Positions 1 through 10,325 of a stretch of DNA of 64,000 bases are shown in pieces. Origin of the DNA: Promethearchaeota archaeon (GTDB taxonomy: Archaea > Asgardarchaeota > Lokiarchaeia > Sigyniarchaeales > SOKP01); NCBI GenBank assembly GCA_030599585.1, contig JAUVNS010000002.1, positions 192,001-256,000 of the forward strand. Direction: 5' to 3'. The translations under genes and the position numbers were made by a program. The notes beneath the pieces were generated by a model. That model was not told the DNA's origin. It searched no databases and saw only the letters and a program-made list of their open reading frames with translations. How positions within the stretch are numbered: position 1 is the stretch's first letter; the number at the start of each line of letters is the position of its first letter.

Positions 1-471
1 GACTTCTGGGGGAACCATGATTTTATTTTCAATGGAGGGTGTTTCTTGTACTACACCAAGGATATCACCGCTGGTAACCTTGGCACCTTTCGAAATTATT
101 GGTTTAAATTGCCATTTTTTTTTGCGATCGATTGCAGGAACCTCGATGCCCTTTTCAATCCATGGACCAATTTTTTTTGCAATCAAAGGGAGCGGTCGTT
201 GAATTCCATCGAGAATTTGTCCCATAAGCCCGGGACCAAGCTCCACAGACAGTAGATTCCCAGTGCCGATAACTTTTCCACCGAGTTTTATCCCTTCCGT
301 TTCTTCGTAGGCTTGGATAATTCCCGTGTTCCCTGAGACGCGGATTACTTCTCCAATGATGCCAGCCTCCCCTATTTTAACAAGTTCAAACATTTTTACA
401 TTAGGCATACCCTTCGCCGTGACAAATGAACCGGCAATACGGGATATCGTACCAATTGTTGTTTCTGCCAA
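1..471 (-). CDS. atpA: A/V-type ATP synthase subunit A, N-terminal part (runs off the window start)
   Basis: Manual translation from TTG at 471: MAETTIGTISRIAGSFVTAKGMPNVKMFELVKIGEAGIIGEVIRVSGNTGIIQAYEETEGIKLGGKVIGTGNLLSVELGPGLMGQILDGIQRPL. YEET, SVELGPG and DGIQRPL are subunit A signatures. Open to position 1. Confidence 0.95.
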   Translation of the reverse strand, partial: MAETTIGTISRIAGSFVTAKGMPNVKMFELVKIGEAGIIGEVIRVSGNTGIIQAYEETEGIKLGGKVIGTGNLLSVELGPGLMGQILDGIQRPLPLIAKKIGPWIEKGIEVPAIDRKKKWQFKPIISKGAKVTSGDILGVVQETPSIENKIMVPPEV

Positions 472-487
472 GATATAATTCCCTTTT

Positions 488-808
488 TTATTCTGATTTG
501 AGTTCAATACCTGTTTTTCTTCTAATAAGCTCCGTGATAGTATCTGTAATAGGTTGGGAGGAGTCTCCAAGAGCTGGAATTGAAATGATTATAGGGAACT
601 CATGTTCTTCTATGATTTCATTAATAAGTGCCCGATTTTTGTTGGCTATGTAATCCGTCGTGATTAGAATCGTATACTCTGGTTTTTCAATGAGTTCTTG
701 CAGATGTTGCTTCGCCTCCTCGGGATTATTAGCCACGAATACATGCTCCAATCCGCCTAACTTGAAGAAACTTACCGTATCAACATCGGCAATCAATGCT
801 ATTTTTAT
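488..808 (-). CDS. atpF: A/V-type ATP synthase subunit F
   Basis: KIALIADVDTVSFFKLGG...FPIIISIP...IRRKTGIEL matches subunit F. The frame extends 4 codons upstream of the track's TTG (796) to ATA at 808, so the start is uncertain (see findings). Confidence 0.9.
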   Translation of the reverse strand: MKIALIADVDTVSFFKLGGLEHVFVANNPEEAKQHLQELIEKPEYTILITTDYIANKNRALINEIIEEHEFPIIISIPALGDSSQPITDTITELIRRKTGIELKSE

Positions 809-835
809 AAGACATCACGGTTTTTTTTTAATTAT

Positions 836-1462
836 TCATGTAAATAATGTCTGTGCTATTTTAAATCGGATCTCGCTTTCAGAATTATTCAACATGCCTT
901 CAAATGTGTTATTCAAAACAATTTTACCATCAGTCGTTTGGATTATCACTCCGCCAATTGCATCTATTTTTTTTGCAGATTTCGTGATATTGGTCTTTTT
1001 CCCCGTTTTCTCGCCTATTATCTCTGCCAATTTATCCAAATCCAGCGGAAGAGTTGAATCCCTTCCATTCAAGATCACTTCCAGGTCTGTTGCACCCAGG
1101 ATAATGCCTCCTTCCACGATGAGGTTTTCGAGGACATGAAAGTATTTATCCGTATTTATATGCGTGCGTAGCTCGTCCTTTACTTGGTTTAGAACGTTTT
1201 CGATCAATTCGTGTTTTTTCTCGAGAATCAACCATTTTGCTTTACTTTCGGCTGAAATTGTGTCGCGTAACTTGATTAGCTCGAAGTCGTTTTGTGCTTT
1301 TTTATCTATTGAAATAATAATCTCCCTCGCCCTTTCCCTACCTTTTTTTCGTTGCTCTTCTATGGTGCTTTGAACCGTTATTTTCACATCTTGGATGATT
1401 TTTTCAGCTGTTTCATGTGCCTCGGACAATAAGGCTTCTATTAACGCATCAGCCGATGTCAT
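836..1462 (-). CDS. atpE: A/V-type ATP synthase subunit E
   Basis: 208 aa, long N-terminal helix, C-terminal IGGVIIQTTDGKIVLNNTFE motif; operon position. Confidence 0.9.
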   Translation of the reverse strand: MTSADALIEALLSEAHETAEKIIQDVKITVQSTIEEQRKKGRERAREIIISIDKKAQNDFELIKLRDTISAESKAKWLILEKKHELIENVLNQVKDELRTHINTDKYFHVLENLIVEGGIILGATDLEVILNGRDSTLPLDLDKLAEIIGEKTGKKTNITKSAKKIDAIGGVIIQTTDGKIVLNNTFEGMLNNSESEIRFKIAQTLFT

Positions 1463-1794
1463 TTTTTCTCGCTCCTGTTGAATATTATGTCTAGAACATT
1501 ATTTACTGCTTTCTCGTGATTGATCTTTGCCTTGATTTCAATTTCTTTTGCTTGTTGCTCTCCTTTGCTTAGGATCTGTTTTATACGTTGATCGATTCCC
1601 AAGCTGCTGCTGTTTAGCAACTCATCAGCTCTTTTCTCCGCCTGGGCAATTTCGGCAAGATAGGCCTCTTCATTTACGGCTACTGATTTCTCTAACAAAC
1701 CTTGCTTGATCTTTTGAGCCTCGATAGAAGCTTCACCTATTATTTTTTTAGCTTCCTGTTGTTTTTCTTTTATTTTTTTCAAAACTTCAAGCAT
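1459..1794 (-). CDS. atpH: A/V-type ATP synthase peripheral stalk subunit H (G)
   Basis: ~111-aa coiled coil (MLEVLKKIKEKQQEAKKIIGEA...); ATG 1794 lies 6 nt after AGGTG; its stop overlaps the atpE start (ATGA). Confidence 0.8.
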   Translation of the reverse strand: MLEVLKKIKEKQQEAKKIIGEASIEAQKIKQGLLEKSVAVNEEAYLAEIAQAEKRADELLNSSSLGIDQRIKQILSKGEQQAKEIEIKAKINHEKAVNNVLDIIFNRSEKK

Positions 1795-2027
1795 GAATAG
1801 CACCTATAATATTCTTATTTCAATCCTTTTCTCCATCACAACAAGTATTGCTTCAGTATGAAAGGGATTATTGACATTTAAATTATTCCACCAGCTGGAG
1901 TTCGTTATTTTTTTCCACAGTAACGATCATCTTTTGTAGAATAGCCAGAGCTATATAGAATTTATTCGAAGAAACAGACATTTTTACCTTCCCCATTAAT
2001 GAATGTTGAAAAGATAAAAGAATATTT

Positions 2028-3881
2028 TTAATGAACGGTTACCGTCTTACTAAGATTTAATGGTTTATCGGGATCTAGATCATGAGCTAAGGCAGCATAA
2101 TAGGCTAATAATTGTAAGGCAGGCATGAAAGTAATTGGGCTGAAAAGATTATGATATTTATCAGCGGGTTGAGGAATTCGAATTGTTATATCGCTTAATT
2201 TTGTTATTTTTTCATCGCTTTCCACAACGACGGAAATAATTCTTCCACCTCGAGATTTGAACTCCATTACGTTCCCAACTAACCTATTATATGTCTCGTC
2301 TGGAGGAGCTATAAATATTATAGGAAATCCTTCTCTTACCAAAGAGATTGGTCCATGTTTAGCAGAAGCTGCAGAATAACCTTCGATAAACCGACAAGCA
2401 ACTTCCTTCAATTTTAATCCTCCTTCTTTGGCAGTTGCGATTGAAATACCTCGTGCTAAAAAGAAATAATTCATATTTTTTTCTAAATGGTTTACGATAT
2501 ATTTAATTAAATCAACATTTTTTTCAAGGAATTGTTCAATGATATTAGGAATTCCAGTTAAAGCATCGTAGTATTTTATTATTTCTTCATCAGATATTTT
2601 TTTTCTAATTTTAGCGATTGAAACTGCTATCAAAGCAAGAGCAAGAACTTGCGTGCTATACGTTTTTGTTGCTGCAACACCAATCTCAGGTCCCGCATTT
2701 GTTACGATCACGTGATCGGAATACCTAGTAATGGATGAGCCTACTACATTAGTAATCGTTAGAATTTTAACACCTTTTGTTTTTTTTGCCCACCTAATCG
2801 CTTCAATCGTATCAATTGTTTCGCCTGATTGTGAGATTGCGATAATTACGGAATTTTCTTGTAAACTACCATTTAATTGGGTCTCAAATTCAGAGCATTC
2901 GATATCTTGAATGTTTTTATTAAGAAATCTAGAAATTATAAATTTGCCTGCTAGTGCTGCGTGATAAGATGTACCCGCTGCTGTGATATATATGTTATTT
3001 GCTGATATTAAAGCGTTTGCAAACTTACTTAAAATTTGCTCTGAAATTTTCATGGTAAGCCTTAGCGCATTTGGTTCTTCGAAAATTTCTTTTAGCATAA
3101 AATGCTCATAACCCCCCTTTTCTGCCGCATCAATATTCCATTCGATGGTTTGAATTTCTTTTTTAATCAATTCATTATTGTTTTTAAGATCAAAAAATTC
3201 TACTTCTCCCGCCTTCAAAACAGCAAGTTCGTTATCTTCCATTATATAACATTTTTTTGTATAAGGTAAAAAAGCAGGAATATCTGAAGAGCAATAAGTT
3301 GTTTTTCCTTCTTCTATTCCAATTATTAAAGGAGATTCTTTTCGAGCGGCTATAATTAAATCAGGATAATTAACCTGACAAACTGCAATTGCATATGCTC
3401 CCTTGCATTTTTTTAACGCATTTATAGTTGCGTCCTTAAGACTATTACCTTTTTTCATAAAATCTTCAATTAAATGGGGAATTACTTCAGAATCAGTCTC
3501 AGATTTAAATATATGTCCTAGAGAAGTAAGTTCATCTCGTAATTCTATAAAATTCTCTATTATTCCATTATGGACAACTGCAATCTCGCTTAAACAATCT
3601 AGATGTGGGTGGCTATTTTGTTTAGTAGGTGCTCCATGAGTAGCCCATCTTGTATGGGCTAATGCAAGTTTTGAATCCCTCGGAAATTCATCTAATTTGA
3701 CTCTTTTATGGATATCATCAATTTTTCCAGCTTCTTTTTTAATAAATAGTTTTGAATTATAAAGTGAAACAATACCACATGAATCATAACCACGGTATTC
3801 TAAACGTTTTATTCCTTCAAAAACCACTTTTCCTACTGAGATTTCTTGATTGTTTGTAACTATTCCAAAAATACCACACAT
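2028..3881 (-). CDS. glmS: Glutamine--fructose-6-phosphate transaminase (isomerizing)
   Basis: N-terminal MCGIFG, LEYRGYDS, HTRWATHG, SQSGET, C-terminal PLNLSKTVTV. Confidence 0.97.
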   Translation of the reverse strand: MCGIFGIVTNNQEISVGKVVFEGIKRLEYRGYDSCGIVSLYNSKLFIKKEAGKIDDIHKRVKLDEFPRDSKLALAHTRWATHGAPTKQNSHPHLDCLSEIAVVHNGIIENFIELRDELTSLGHIFKSETDSEVIPHLIEDFMKKGNSLKDATINALKKCKGAYAIAVCQVNYPDLIIAARKESPLIIGIEEGKTTYCSSDIPAFLPYTKKCYIMEDNELAVLKAGEVEFFDLKNNNELIKKEIQTIEWNIDAAEKGGYEHFMLKEIFEEPNALRLTMKISEQILSKFANALISANNIYITAAGTSYHAALAGKFIISRFLNKNIQDIECSEFETQLNGSLQENSVIIAISQSGETIDTIEAIRWAKKTKGVKILTITNVVGSSITRYSDHVIVTNAGPEIGVAATKTYSTQVLALALIAVSIAKIRKKISDEEIIKYYDALTGIPNIIEQFLEKNVDLIKYIVNHLEKNMNYFFLARGISIATAKEGGLKLKEVACRFIEGYSAASAKHGPISLVREGFPIIFIAPPDETYNRLVGNVMEFKSRGGRIISVVVESDEKITKLSDITIRIPQPADKYHNLFSPITFMPALQLLAYYAALAHDLDPDKPLNLSKTVTVH

Positions 3882-4018
3882 TAAAAAAAGAAAGGAATAA
3901 AAAATTTAAATAGGTTTTTTTTATGGATTATATAAATCAACTGTAAAATGTGATAATATCTATATTTAATTCTTGAAATTATAAATATATTAGATTAGGA
4001 TTTTAAATTTAATATTTT

Positions 4019-7000
4019 TTATTGATTGAAATTTAACCGGTTAAAAGTATTAGCAACCCAAAATCGATAAGGGGAAGCCCATATAGCAAATAACTTTTCA
4101 GATTTTTTTAGATGTTTTAAAGCCTTCTTTAATTTTCCTTCTGCAAGTGCTTGAATACCTCTTACATAAGTCTTTGCTGATCTTACATGCAGATTATTGA
4201 TATTCTGAGAATAGTTTATTGCATCGTTACATAATTTAATTGCTTCATAATATTCTTTTCTACGTATACAAATCTCAGCCAATTCTCCATAGGAAGTAAT
4301 GGCAGATGCTTTTTCTCCAGCTAGAATGAATTCTTCTAAAATTTCTTTAAATATTTGTTTCAATTCTCCGGAATTAATATCTGGATTAATCAATGAAAGC
4401 TTAGCATTAGCATTTTTTATATCGCGTTCAGCATGTGCATTTTCTGCCATTTTTAACCACATTTCCCAGGATTCTTTTGCAAGAGAGAAATTATTTGTTT
4501 GATAGCCAATGCTACCTCGAATCTTCAACATACCAATTATCTCAGATTTATTTGAAGGAATTAAATCACTGTTCTTTAAATTACGATTCTCATCTACTCC
4601 TTGTTCTGCAGATTTATATAGTTCAAATGAATCATCATAAAGTTTAAGCGCTTTTTTAAAATTTCCTAAACCATGTTCAGCTATACCTTTAGTGATCAAA
4701 CTTTTTATTAAGATATTAGTATCATTTATGGATCGAGCAATTTTTTCAGCTTTTTCGATGTATAGAAAGAGATCATCCAGGTTGCCCATATATCGTTCAG
4801 TTGTACCGAGATGCCATAAAATATTCGCTTCTAGCTTTTTATTTTTCTTAATAAGAACTAATTCTAAAGCTTTCTTACATAGTTTTTCTGATTTTTTATA
4901 TTGTCCTCGATGCAATAATGTTCGAGCAAAACTGTATAAATAAAGCGCTTTTTTATCAATTAAATTCAAGCTTTCTGCAGATTTTATACCTATAGCTAAA
5001 AATTTTTCTATATGAGTCCAATAACATTGGTTCTCTATTTCTTCAAGCGTGTCATCGACTAGACCAATAACATTTTCATGTTTATTGATGTTAAATAACC
5101 ATTTACCTATTGGTTCTATCTCTTCAATATGTTTTGCAAGATCTCCTTTATTGTCTTTACTTACATTTATTAAACATTCAGCAGCTTGCTGTACTATGAG
5201 AGACTCCTCTTCCTTTTCATTATCATTAAATCGGCTGGGTAATGAATGCATAAGATTATAAGGTAACTCAGAAATCTTACGAGGATTAATTTTTTGCTTT
5301 CCAAAATAACGAGCTAAAATTAAATGATTCCTTTTTCTAACTTTCTTTGTTAAATAATATTTAATTATTGCTTTCTGAAATTGACTGTGAAAAAAATTGA
5401 GCGTATATGTTCCATCTGCTCTACGATTAGTTAAGTATGGTTCAATATCATGATAAAATCGAGACCATAATACGATAGGTAGTTTTATTTTCCCGTTATA
5501 AGTGATTAATTTATGTCTAGATTGAATATCAAAATCTTTTAATACATCCGGATCATCCGAAAGTATGTCAATAATTTCATCTTCTGTAAGTCCATTTTTA
5601 GCAACAGCCAAATAACTTAAGCTGTTGGAGACAAATACTTGACCATGGTTTGTATCTAAAGATAGCCATTTAAACAAATCTATAATAATGCTTGGAATAC
5701 TAGTACTAATTTTTGTTTTTTCAGGTTCAGTATAAGATTTCCAATGTCGTGATTTTTCAAATGCTAGTTTAAGATATAAAGGTAACCCACAATTATAGAA
5801 TTTACTAATAATTTCTTTATTTTGATGAGTTTGAAGGGTTCTATTAGCACCTTTTAACCATAAATTTAGTAATTCTTGACCTTCAACCTGAGACATATAT
5901 TTTAATTCAATGAAATTTATATCTGGTAATCTCATTTTAAGTAAATCAAGGTGTTTACCATGTGTAGTTGATACGATTATTCGAACATAATTAGGCAAAG
6001 TAAAAGGAAGCCAAGTAAGATTTTGCCCTTCATCAAAGCTTGAAATCTGATCTAAAGCGTCTAAAATGATGATTAAAGGTTGATGCTCCCTAGCTATAGA
6101 TAGGATATTCTTGAATTCAAAATTAAGTTCTTTATAAATAAAGGGAACATTGGACTCCTCCTTACCATACACCCTATATATTTGATGAACAACATTTTCT
6201 AATAAATCCCGACAATTTGAGGAATTAGGTGTTATACCAAAAAATCTTATTATAATATTAGCGCTCGAGTTTATTTCACTGATTATTTTAGCAATTTGAG
6301 CCATCAACGCTGATTTTCCTGAACCGGAATCACCATAAACCACTAGGGGATGATCGTTCTCATTTAAAACATAGTCTTCAATTCTTGTTAATATCTCTTT
6401 TCTTCCAGTAAAGTTTTCCCGGCGTTCTTTTGCAAATCTTTTGTGCTCTTCAACTTCTCTAGCAAGAGAGTCTATTTCTTTGAATTTTGCAATTTCCTTT
6501 AATATTATTTCTGATAGTACATCATACACATTATCGCAGAATAAATTAATATCATAATTTCCAATTCCTTTTTTGTCCCAAACTACAGGATACTCCTTGA
6601 TATTATTTGGGATTTTCTTTCTTAATTTGTCTTTCAGTTTCGTTAATAATTCTTGTGTTTTTTGATTAATATTACCTTTTTCATCTAAATCAACAAACCC
6701 TCCCATTTTTGGGTCTAAGGGGGTCTCTATATTCCGGAAGAAACCAAAAACATGATCATAATTATCTTCAATTTTCAATGCACCATTAAAAATTTCTTGT
6801 TCCGTAGCTGAGGACTCATATTTAATGCGTTCCTCTTCTTTTAAATTTATTTTTTTAATAGCATTAAGAAGGATATTTCGAAGTTTACGCTCAACTAGCG
6901 CCCATTCTTCGTCAGTTTCATAAATTTCTTCCCTTGGTTGGAGAATATAAACAGAGGGCACAGAATTTTTATCTAGACGATACCATTTCTTAAGAATATC

Positions 7001-7372
7001 ATGTTCGTATTTTTGGTGGTTATTAATTTTATTTGTATTTTTTAAAATAGATATAAAAGATTCCTCAGGAATCTTATATGGCAAAGGTCTCCAACCATAT
7101 CGATTTCCTAATAAAATTAAGAAATTTGGTCGTGGGTTGACATTTTGACATCGTTTAATCTCTTCTATACAAATTTCTAACGCTTTATGATCAAGAGCAG
7201 CTTCTTTACGAACCCCCCATCGAAGATCAATGGCTTGAAAGCGAGCTCCGTGTAGTAGACAAAGTTCACGTAACTTAGGAAAAACTTGTTCGTGCAATTT
7301 ATTACGTTCATTTATCATATCTTCAAAAGTTGAACTTACAAAAATTCGGAATGTTCTATTAATATTCGTCAT
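4019..7372 (-). CDS. DUF4062 + STAND/NACHT-like NTPase + TPR protein (NWD1/TEP1-type N-terminus)
   Basis: RIFVSSTFEDM..ER...IDLRWGV (DUF4062), LLGNRYGWRPLP, Walker A GDSGSGKS, Walker B IIILDALDQ, GLPLYLKL; C-terminal ~350 aa of TPR-like helical repeats. Confidence 0.85.
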   Translation of the reverse strand: MTNINRTFRIFVSSTFEDMINERNKLHEQVFPKLRELCLLHGARFQAIDLRWGVRKEAALDHKALEICIEEIKRCQNVNPRPNFLILLGNRYGWRPLPYKIPEESFISILKNTNKINNHQKYEHDILKKWYRLDKNSVPSVYILQPREEIYETDEEWALVERKLRNILLNAIKKINLKEEERIKYESSATEQEIFNGALKIEDNYDHVFGFFRNIETPLDPKMGGFVDLDEKGNINQKTQELLTKLKDKLRKKIPNNIKEYPVVWDKKGIGNYDINLFCDNVYDVLSEIILKEIAKFKEIDSLAREVEEHKRFAKERRENFTGRKEILTRIEDYVLNENDHPLVVYGDSGSGKSALMAQIAKIISEINSSANIIIRFFGITPNSSNCRDLLENVVHQIYRVYGKEESNVPFIYKELNFEFKNILSIAREHQPLIIILDALDQISSFDEGQNLTWLPFTLPNYVRIIVSTTHGKHLDLLKMRLPDINFIELKYMSQVEGQELLNLWLKGANRTLQTHQNKEIISKFYNCGLPLYLKLAFEKSRHWKSYTEPEKTKISTSIPSIIIDLFKWLSLDTNHGQVFVSNSLSYLAVAKNGLTEDEIIDILSDDPDVLKDFDIQSRHKLITYNGKIKLPIVLWSRFYHDIEPYLTNRRADGTYTLNFFHSQFQKAIIKYYLTKKVRKRNHLILARYFGKQKINPRKISELPYNLMHSLPSRFNDNEKEEESLIVQQAAECLINVSKDNKGDLAKHIEEIEPIGKWLFNINKHENVIGLVDDTLEEIENQCYWTHIEKFLAIGIKSAESLNLIDKKALYLYSFARTLLHRGQYKKSEKLCKKALELVLIKKNKKLEANILWHLGTTERYMGNLDDLFLYIEKAEKIARSINDTNILIKSLITKGIAEHGLGNFKKALKLYDDSFELYKSAEQGVDENRNLKNSDLIPSNKSEIIGMLKIRGSIGYQTNNFSLAKESWEMWLKMAENAHAERDIKNANAKLSLINPDINSGELKQIFKEILEEFILAGEKASAITSYGELAEICIRRKEYYEAIKLCNDAINYSQNINNLHVRSAKTYVRGIQALAEGKLKKALKHLKKSEKLFAIWASPYRFWVANTFNRLNFNQ

Positions 7373-7539
7373 TTAAAGCACGAAATTTCTAAAATTTAAT
7401 TCAGCTATCTGATTAGTTGGTATTAAATGAGACATATTTATATAAATTTTAATAAAAATAAGGTTTGTAAAGTCCCTATAATTAAATTTTTATTAAAGAG
7501 AACTTTTTTTAGTATAAAATATATTTAAGAGAATTAATA

Positions 7540-8502
7540 ATGGCAATTAAAGTAATAGTAACAGATAATTTTGAAAAGTTAAGTGAGGTTGCGGCAGAAA
7601 TCGTAAAAGAACAAATCATTCAAGGATTACAAGATAAGAGTGAATATGTTTTAGGGCTTGCAACAGGAAATTCACCAACAGGTCTTTATAAAGAACTTGC
7701 TAAAATGGCAAACGCTAAAAAATTCGACAGCAGCAAGGTTCGCAGTTTTAATCTCGATGAATATATTGGTCTTCCGGGAGAAAATGCTCAACAACGCACG
7801 ATACATCCACAAAGTTATTGTTACTTTATGATTAAAGAATTCTTTGGGCTTCTTAGCGATAAATTCATTGAAACAACTTTGCCTTACGCTTGTTTGATTG
7901 ATCAAAAAAAACTTATTGAAGAATTATCATCCCATACTGAAGATTGGACCGAATTAGGAACTGATTCCGGAAAATCAATCAATATTAAGGATAACGCTTC
8001 TTCTGAATACTTAAATTGGATTCGTAAAACAGTTTTAGATGGATACGCCCAAAAAATTGAAAAATCGGGTGGTATTGATTTACAGATAATTGGAGTTGGT
8101 GGACGTGGTCATGTGGCATTCCACGAATCAGGAATTCCCTTTGAAGGAAGTAAAGTCATGTTAATAAAACTTGATAAAAATACAGTAACTAATGCAGTAA
8201 TCGATGGACAATTTAGCTCAGAAAATGAATGCCCTCGTTATGCTATCAGTATGGGTGCTGAGTTAGTATATAAGTCGAAAACTGTGTTGTTATTAGCTAA
8301 TGGAGAACGAAAAACTGAATCTGTTACTGAATCATTACTAAATGCACCTACTCCAGATGTTCCTATATCTTATGGTCAGAGATATTCCGAAAAAGCGGGC
8401 AATTTAATTTATGTTTTGGATAAGATTGCTGGCCGAGAACTTCTTGCTAACAGAAAAAAGCTTGAACAAAAAGGAATAGAAATTGAAATTAGAAACGGTT
8501 AA
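7540..8502 (+). CDS. nagB: Glucosamine-6-phosphate deaminase (NagB family)
   Basis: LGLATGNSP, FNLDEYIGL, HPQSYCYFM, GGIDLQIIGVGGRGHVAFHE, AISMG motifs. Confidence 0.85.
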   Translation: MAIKVIVTDNFEKLSEVAAEIVKEQIIQGLQDKSEYVLGLATGNSPTGLYKELAKMANAKKFDSSKVRSFNLDEYIGLPGENAQQRTIHPQSYCYFMIKEFFGLLSDKFIETTLPYACLIDQKKLIEELSSHTEDWTELGTDSGKSINIKDNASSEYLNWIRKTVLDGYAQKIEKSGGIDLQIIGVGGRGHVAFHESGIPFEGSKVMLIKLDKNTVTNAVIDGQFSSENECPRYAISMGAELVYKSKTVLLLANGERKTESVTESLLNAPTPDVPISYGQRYSEKAGNLIYVLDKIAGRELLANRKKLEQKGIEIEIRNG

Positions 8503-8536
8503 TTTTAAATATAGAAATTAAGGTTTAACAAAAACT

Positions 8537-9964
8537 CTATATTAAATTTAACTTCTTCATTTTTTCTTCCGCTATTTTATTCATTTCAATTGATTGATTT
8601 ATATCTATGCTAGATTCACCAGAGATTCTTAAATATGGGCTTGTTCCTGAACGTCTTATTAAAATCCACCCATTATCGTAATCGAATCTACAACCGTCCA
8701 TTTTGTTAATCGCTTTTATTTTTTTTCCCATAGAATCAAAGCTCTCTTTCATCTCAGTAATGATTTTTTCGTTCATTTCATCAGAAAAAGGGATATCTTT
8801 TATAAGCGGAAATTGCTGGCGGTAATAGGGATATTTTGGAATTTCTTTCAATAATTCTATTAATCTTTTTCCTGTTTTTACCATCATTTGTAATACTAAT
8901 CCGATTGTGACTATTGAATCGGGTCCTAAATGGAAGCTGGGCCAAATATAAGTACCTGAGGTTTCTCCACCTAAAAAACCCCCATTCTCACGTAAGGCTT
9001 GAGCTACTTGGATATCTCCGACTTCAGTTCTTATTATCTCGCAACCTAATGGTTGTAACACATCCTCAATTAAACTAGATGAATTTACAGGAGTAGAAAC
9101 TTTCATATCGTTACTAGAAAGGCTATCTTTATTATTTTTTAAATAGCATTTTGCTAGGAGTGCTAGTAACCTAACTGGATCAACAATTTCACCAGTTTCA
9201 TCTAAAAAAATAACTCTATCAGCATCCCCATCGAGCGCTATTCCAATATCTTCTTGTGTAGATATTTTTAGAAATTTGGATATCTGAATTAAATTTTTCT
9301 CGCTAGGTTCTGAATTTCTTCCAGGGAATTTACCATCCATTTGTGCATTGATTGTAATAATATTTACATTATATTCACTTAATAGTCTTGGGACAATTTC
9401 ACATCCCGCTCCATTTCCGGGGTCGACTATAACATTAAGTTTACTCCCATCAAATTTTATACGGTTCTTTATTTCTGAAATGTGTTTATCGTTAATATCA
9501 TTAACAGATGTAACTTTTCCAATTTGATCCCATTTGATATCAAGAAAATCTTTTTCGTCATATATTCGCGATATTTCTTCTTCTTGCTCGTGGGAATACC
9601 CTATACCTGAAGGATTCCAAAATTTTAATCCAATATATTCGGGAGTATTATGAGACGCAGTAATCATAACTCCAGCATTCGCATCCAAAAATCTTTGAGA
9701 CAATGCTAATGTGGGCGTGGTTACAATTCCTAATGTTTTCACATTACATCCAGTACTTAAAATCCCAGAAATTAATGCATATTCTACGGGTAAAGCAGAA
9801 GTTCTAATATCCTTCCCGATAACAACGATACCGTCACCCTTTAAATATGTTCCCAAGGCCAATCCCACATCTAAAGCCATTTGCGGCGTAAACATAAGAT
9901 CCGTTGTACTATAATTTTGGAACACCATTCTTATGCCTGAAGTACCAAATATATTTGATGTCAT
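8537..9964 (-). CDS. glmM: Phosphohexomutase (phosphoglucosamine mutase / PMM-PGM family)
   Basis: FGTSGIR, ITASHN phosphoserine loop, DGDADR metal loop, GGETSG, RRSGT. The glmS/nagB context favours GlmM. ATG 9964 preferred over TTG 9973. Confidence 0.8.
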   Translation of the reverse strand: MTSNIFGTSGIRMVFQNYSTTDLMFTPQMALDVGLALGTYLKGDGIVVIGKDIRTSALPVEYALISGILSTGCNVKTLGIVTTPTLALSQRFLDANAGVMITASHNTPEYIGLKFWNPSGIGYSHEQEEEISRIYDEKDFLDIKWDQIGKVTSVNDINDKHISEIKNRIKFDGSKLNVIVDPGNGAGCEIVPRLLSEYNVNIITINAQMDGKFPGRNSEPSEKNLIQISKFLKISTQEDIGIALDGDADRVIFLDETGEIVDPVRLLALLAKCYLKNNKDSLSSNDMKVSTPVNSSSLIEDVLQPLGCEIIRTEVGDIQVAQALRENGGFLGGETSGTYIWPSFHLGPDSIVTIGLVLQMMVKTGKRLIELLKEIPKYPYYRQQFPLIKDIPFSDEMNEKIITEMKESFDSMGKKIKAINKMDGCRFDYDNGWILIRRSGTSPYLRISGESSIDINQSIEMNKIAEEKMKKLNLI

Positions 9965-10325
9965 ATTTTTCAACTTTGTCTTAAAAATTATCTTATATTA
10001 TATAGAGATTTTTTTTAAATTTTAAATTTTATGAAGCAATTTTTTCAAATTTCAAATATCCATTAAGATTAAAATTCAAATAGATAAGTCTTTATTTCCT
10101 CTTGAGGTTGTGGAGAAATTATCATCAAGTTCTGAAATAAATAGGGTTCAAGCAAGGTTTAGGCATTTGAAGGTTAACCGGATTACCGGAGAAACTCATT
10201 ATTAAACAAAAGGATCACTGCTCATTAGAAATAAAAATTTCTGTTTTTAAAAAGTAGAAATTTTAAATTATCTTTTATCATTTAATTAGATTAGATAATA
10301 AAACTAGAATGGGTTTAAAGATTAT

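Noticed and set aside
1-1800. Higher GC of the ATPase genes as a sign of horizontal transfer
   Set aside because: The ribosomal protein genes show a similar GC elevation, so expression-linked codon bias suffices.
10035-10205. ~55-codon open frame between glmM and the AGPS-like gene
   Set aside because: No canonical start near its 5' end and no recognisable motif; cannot be supported.
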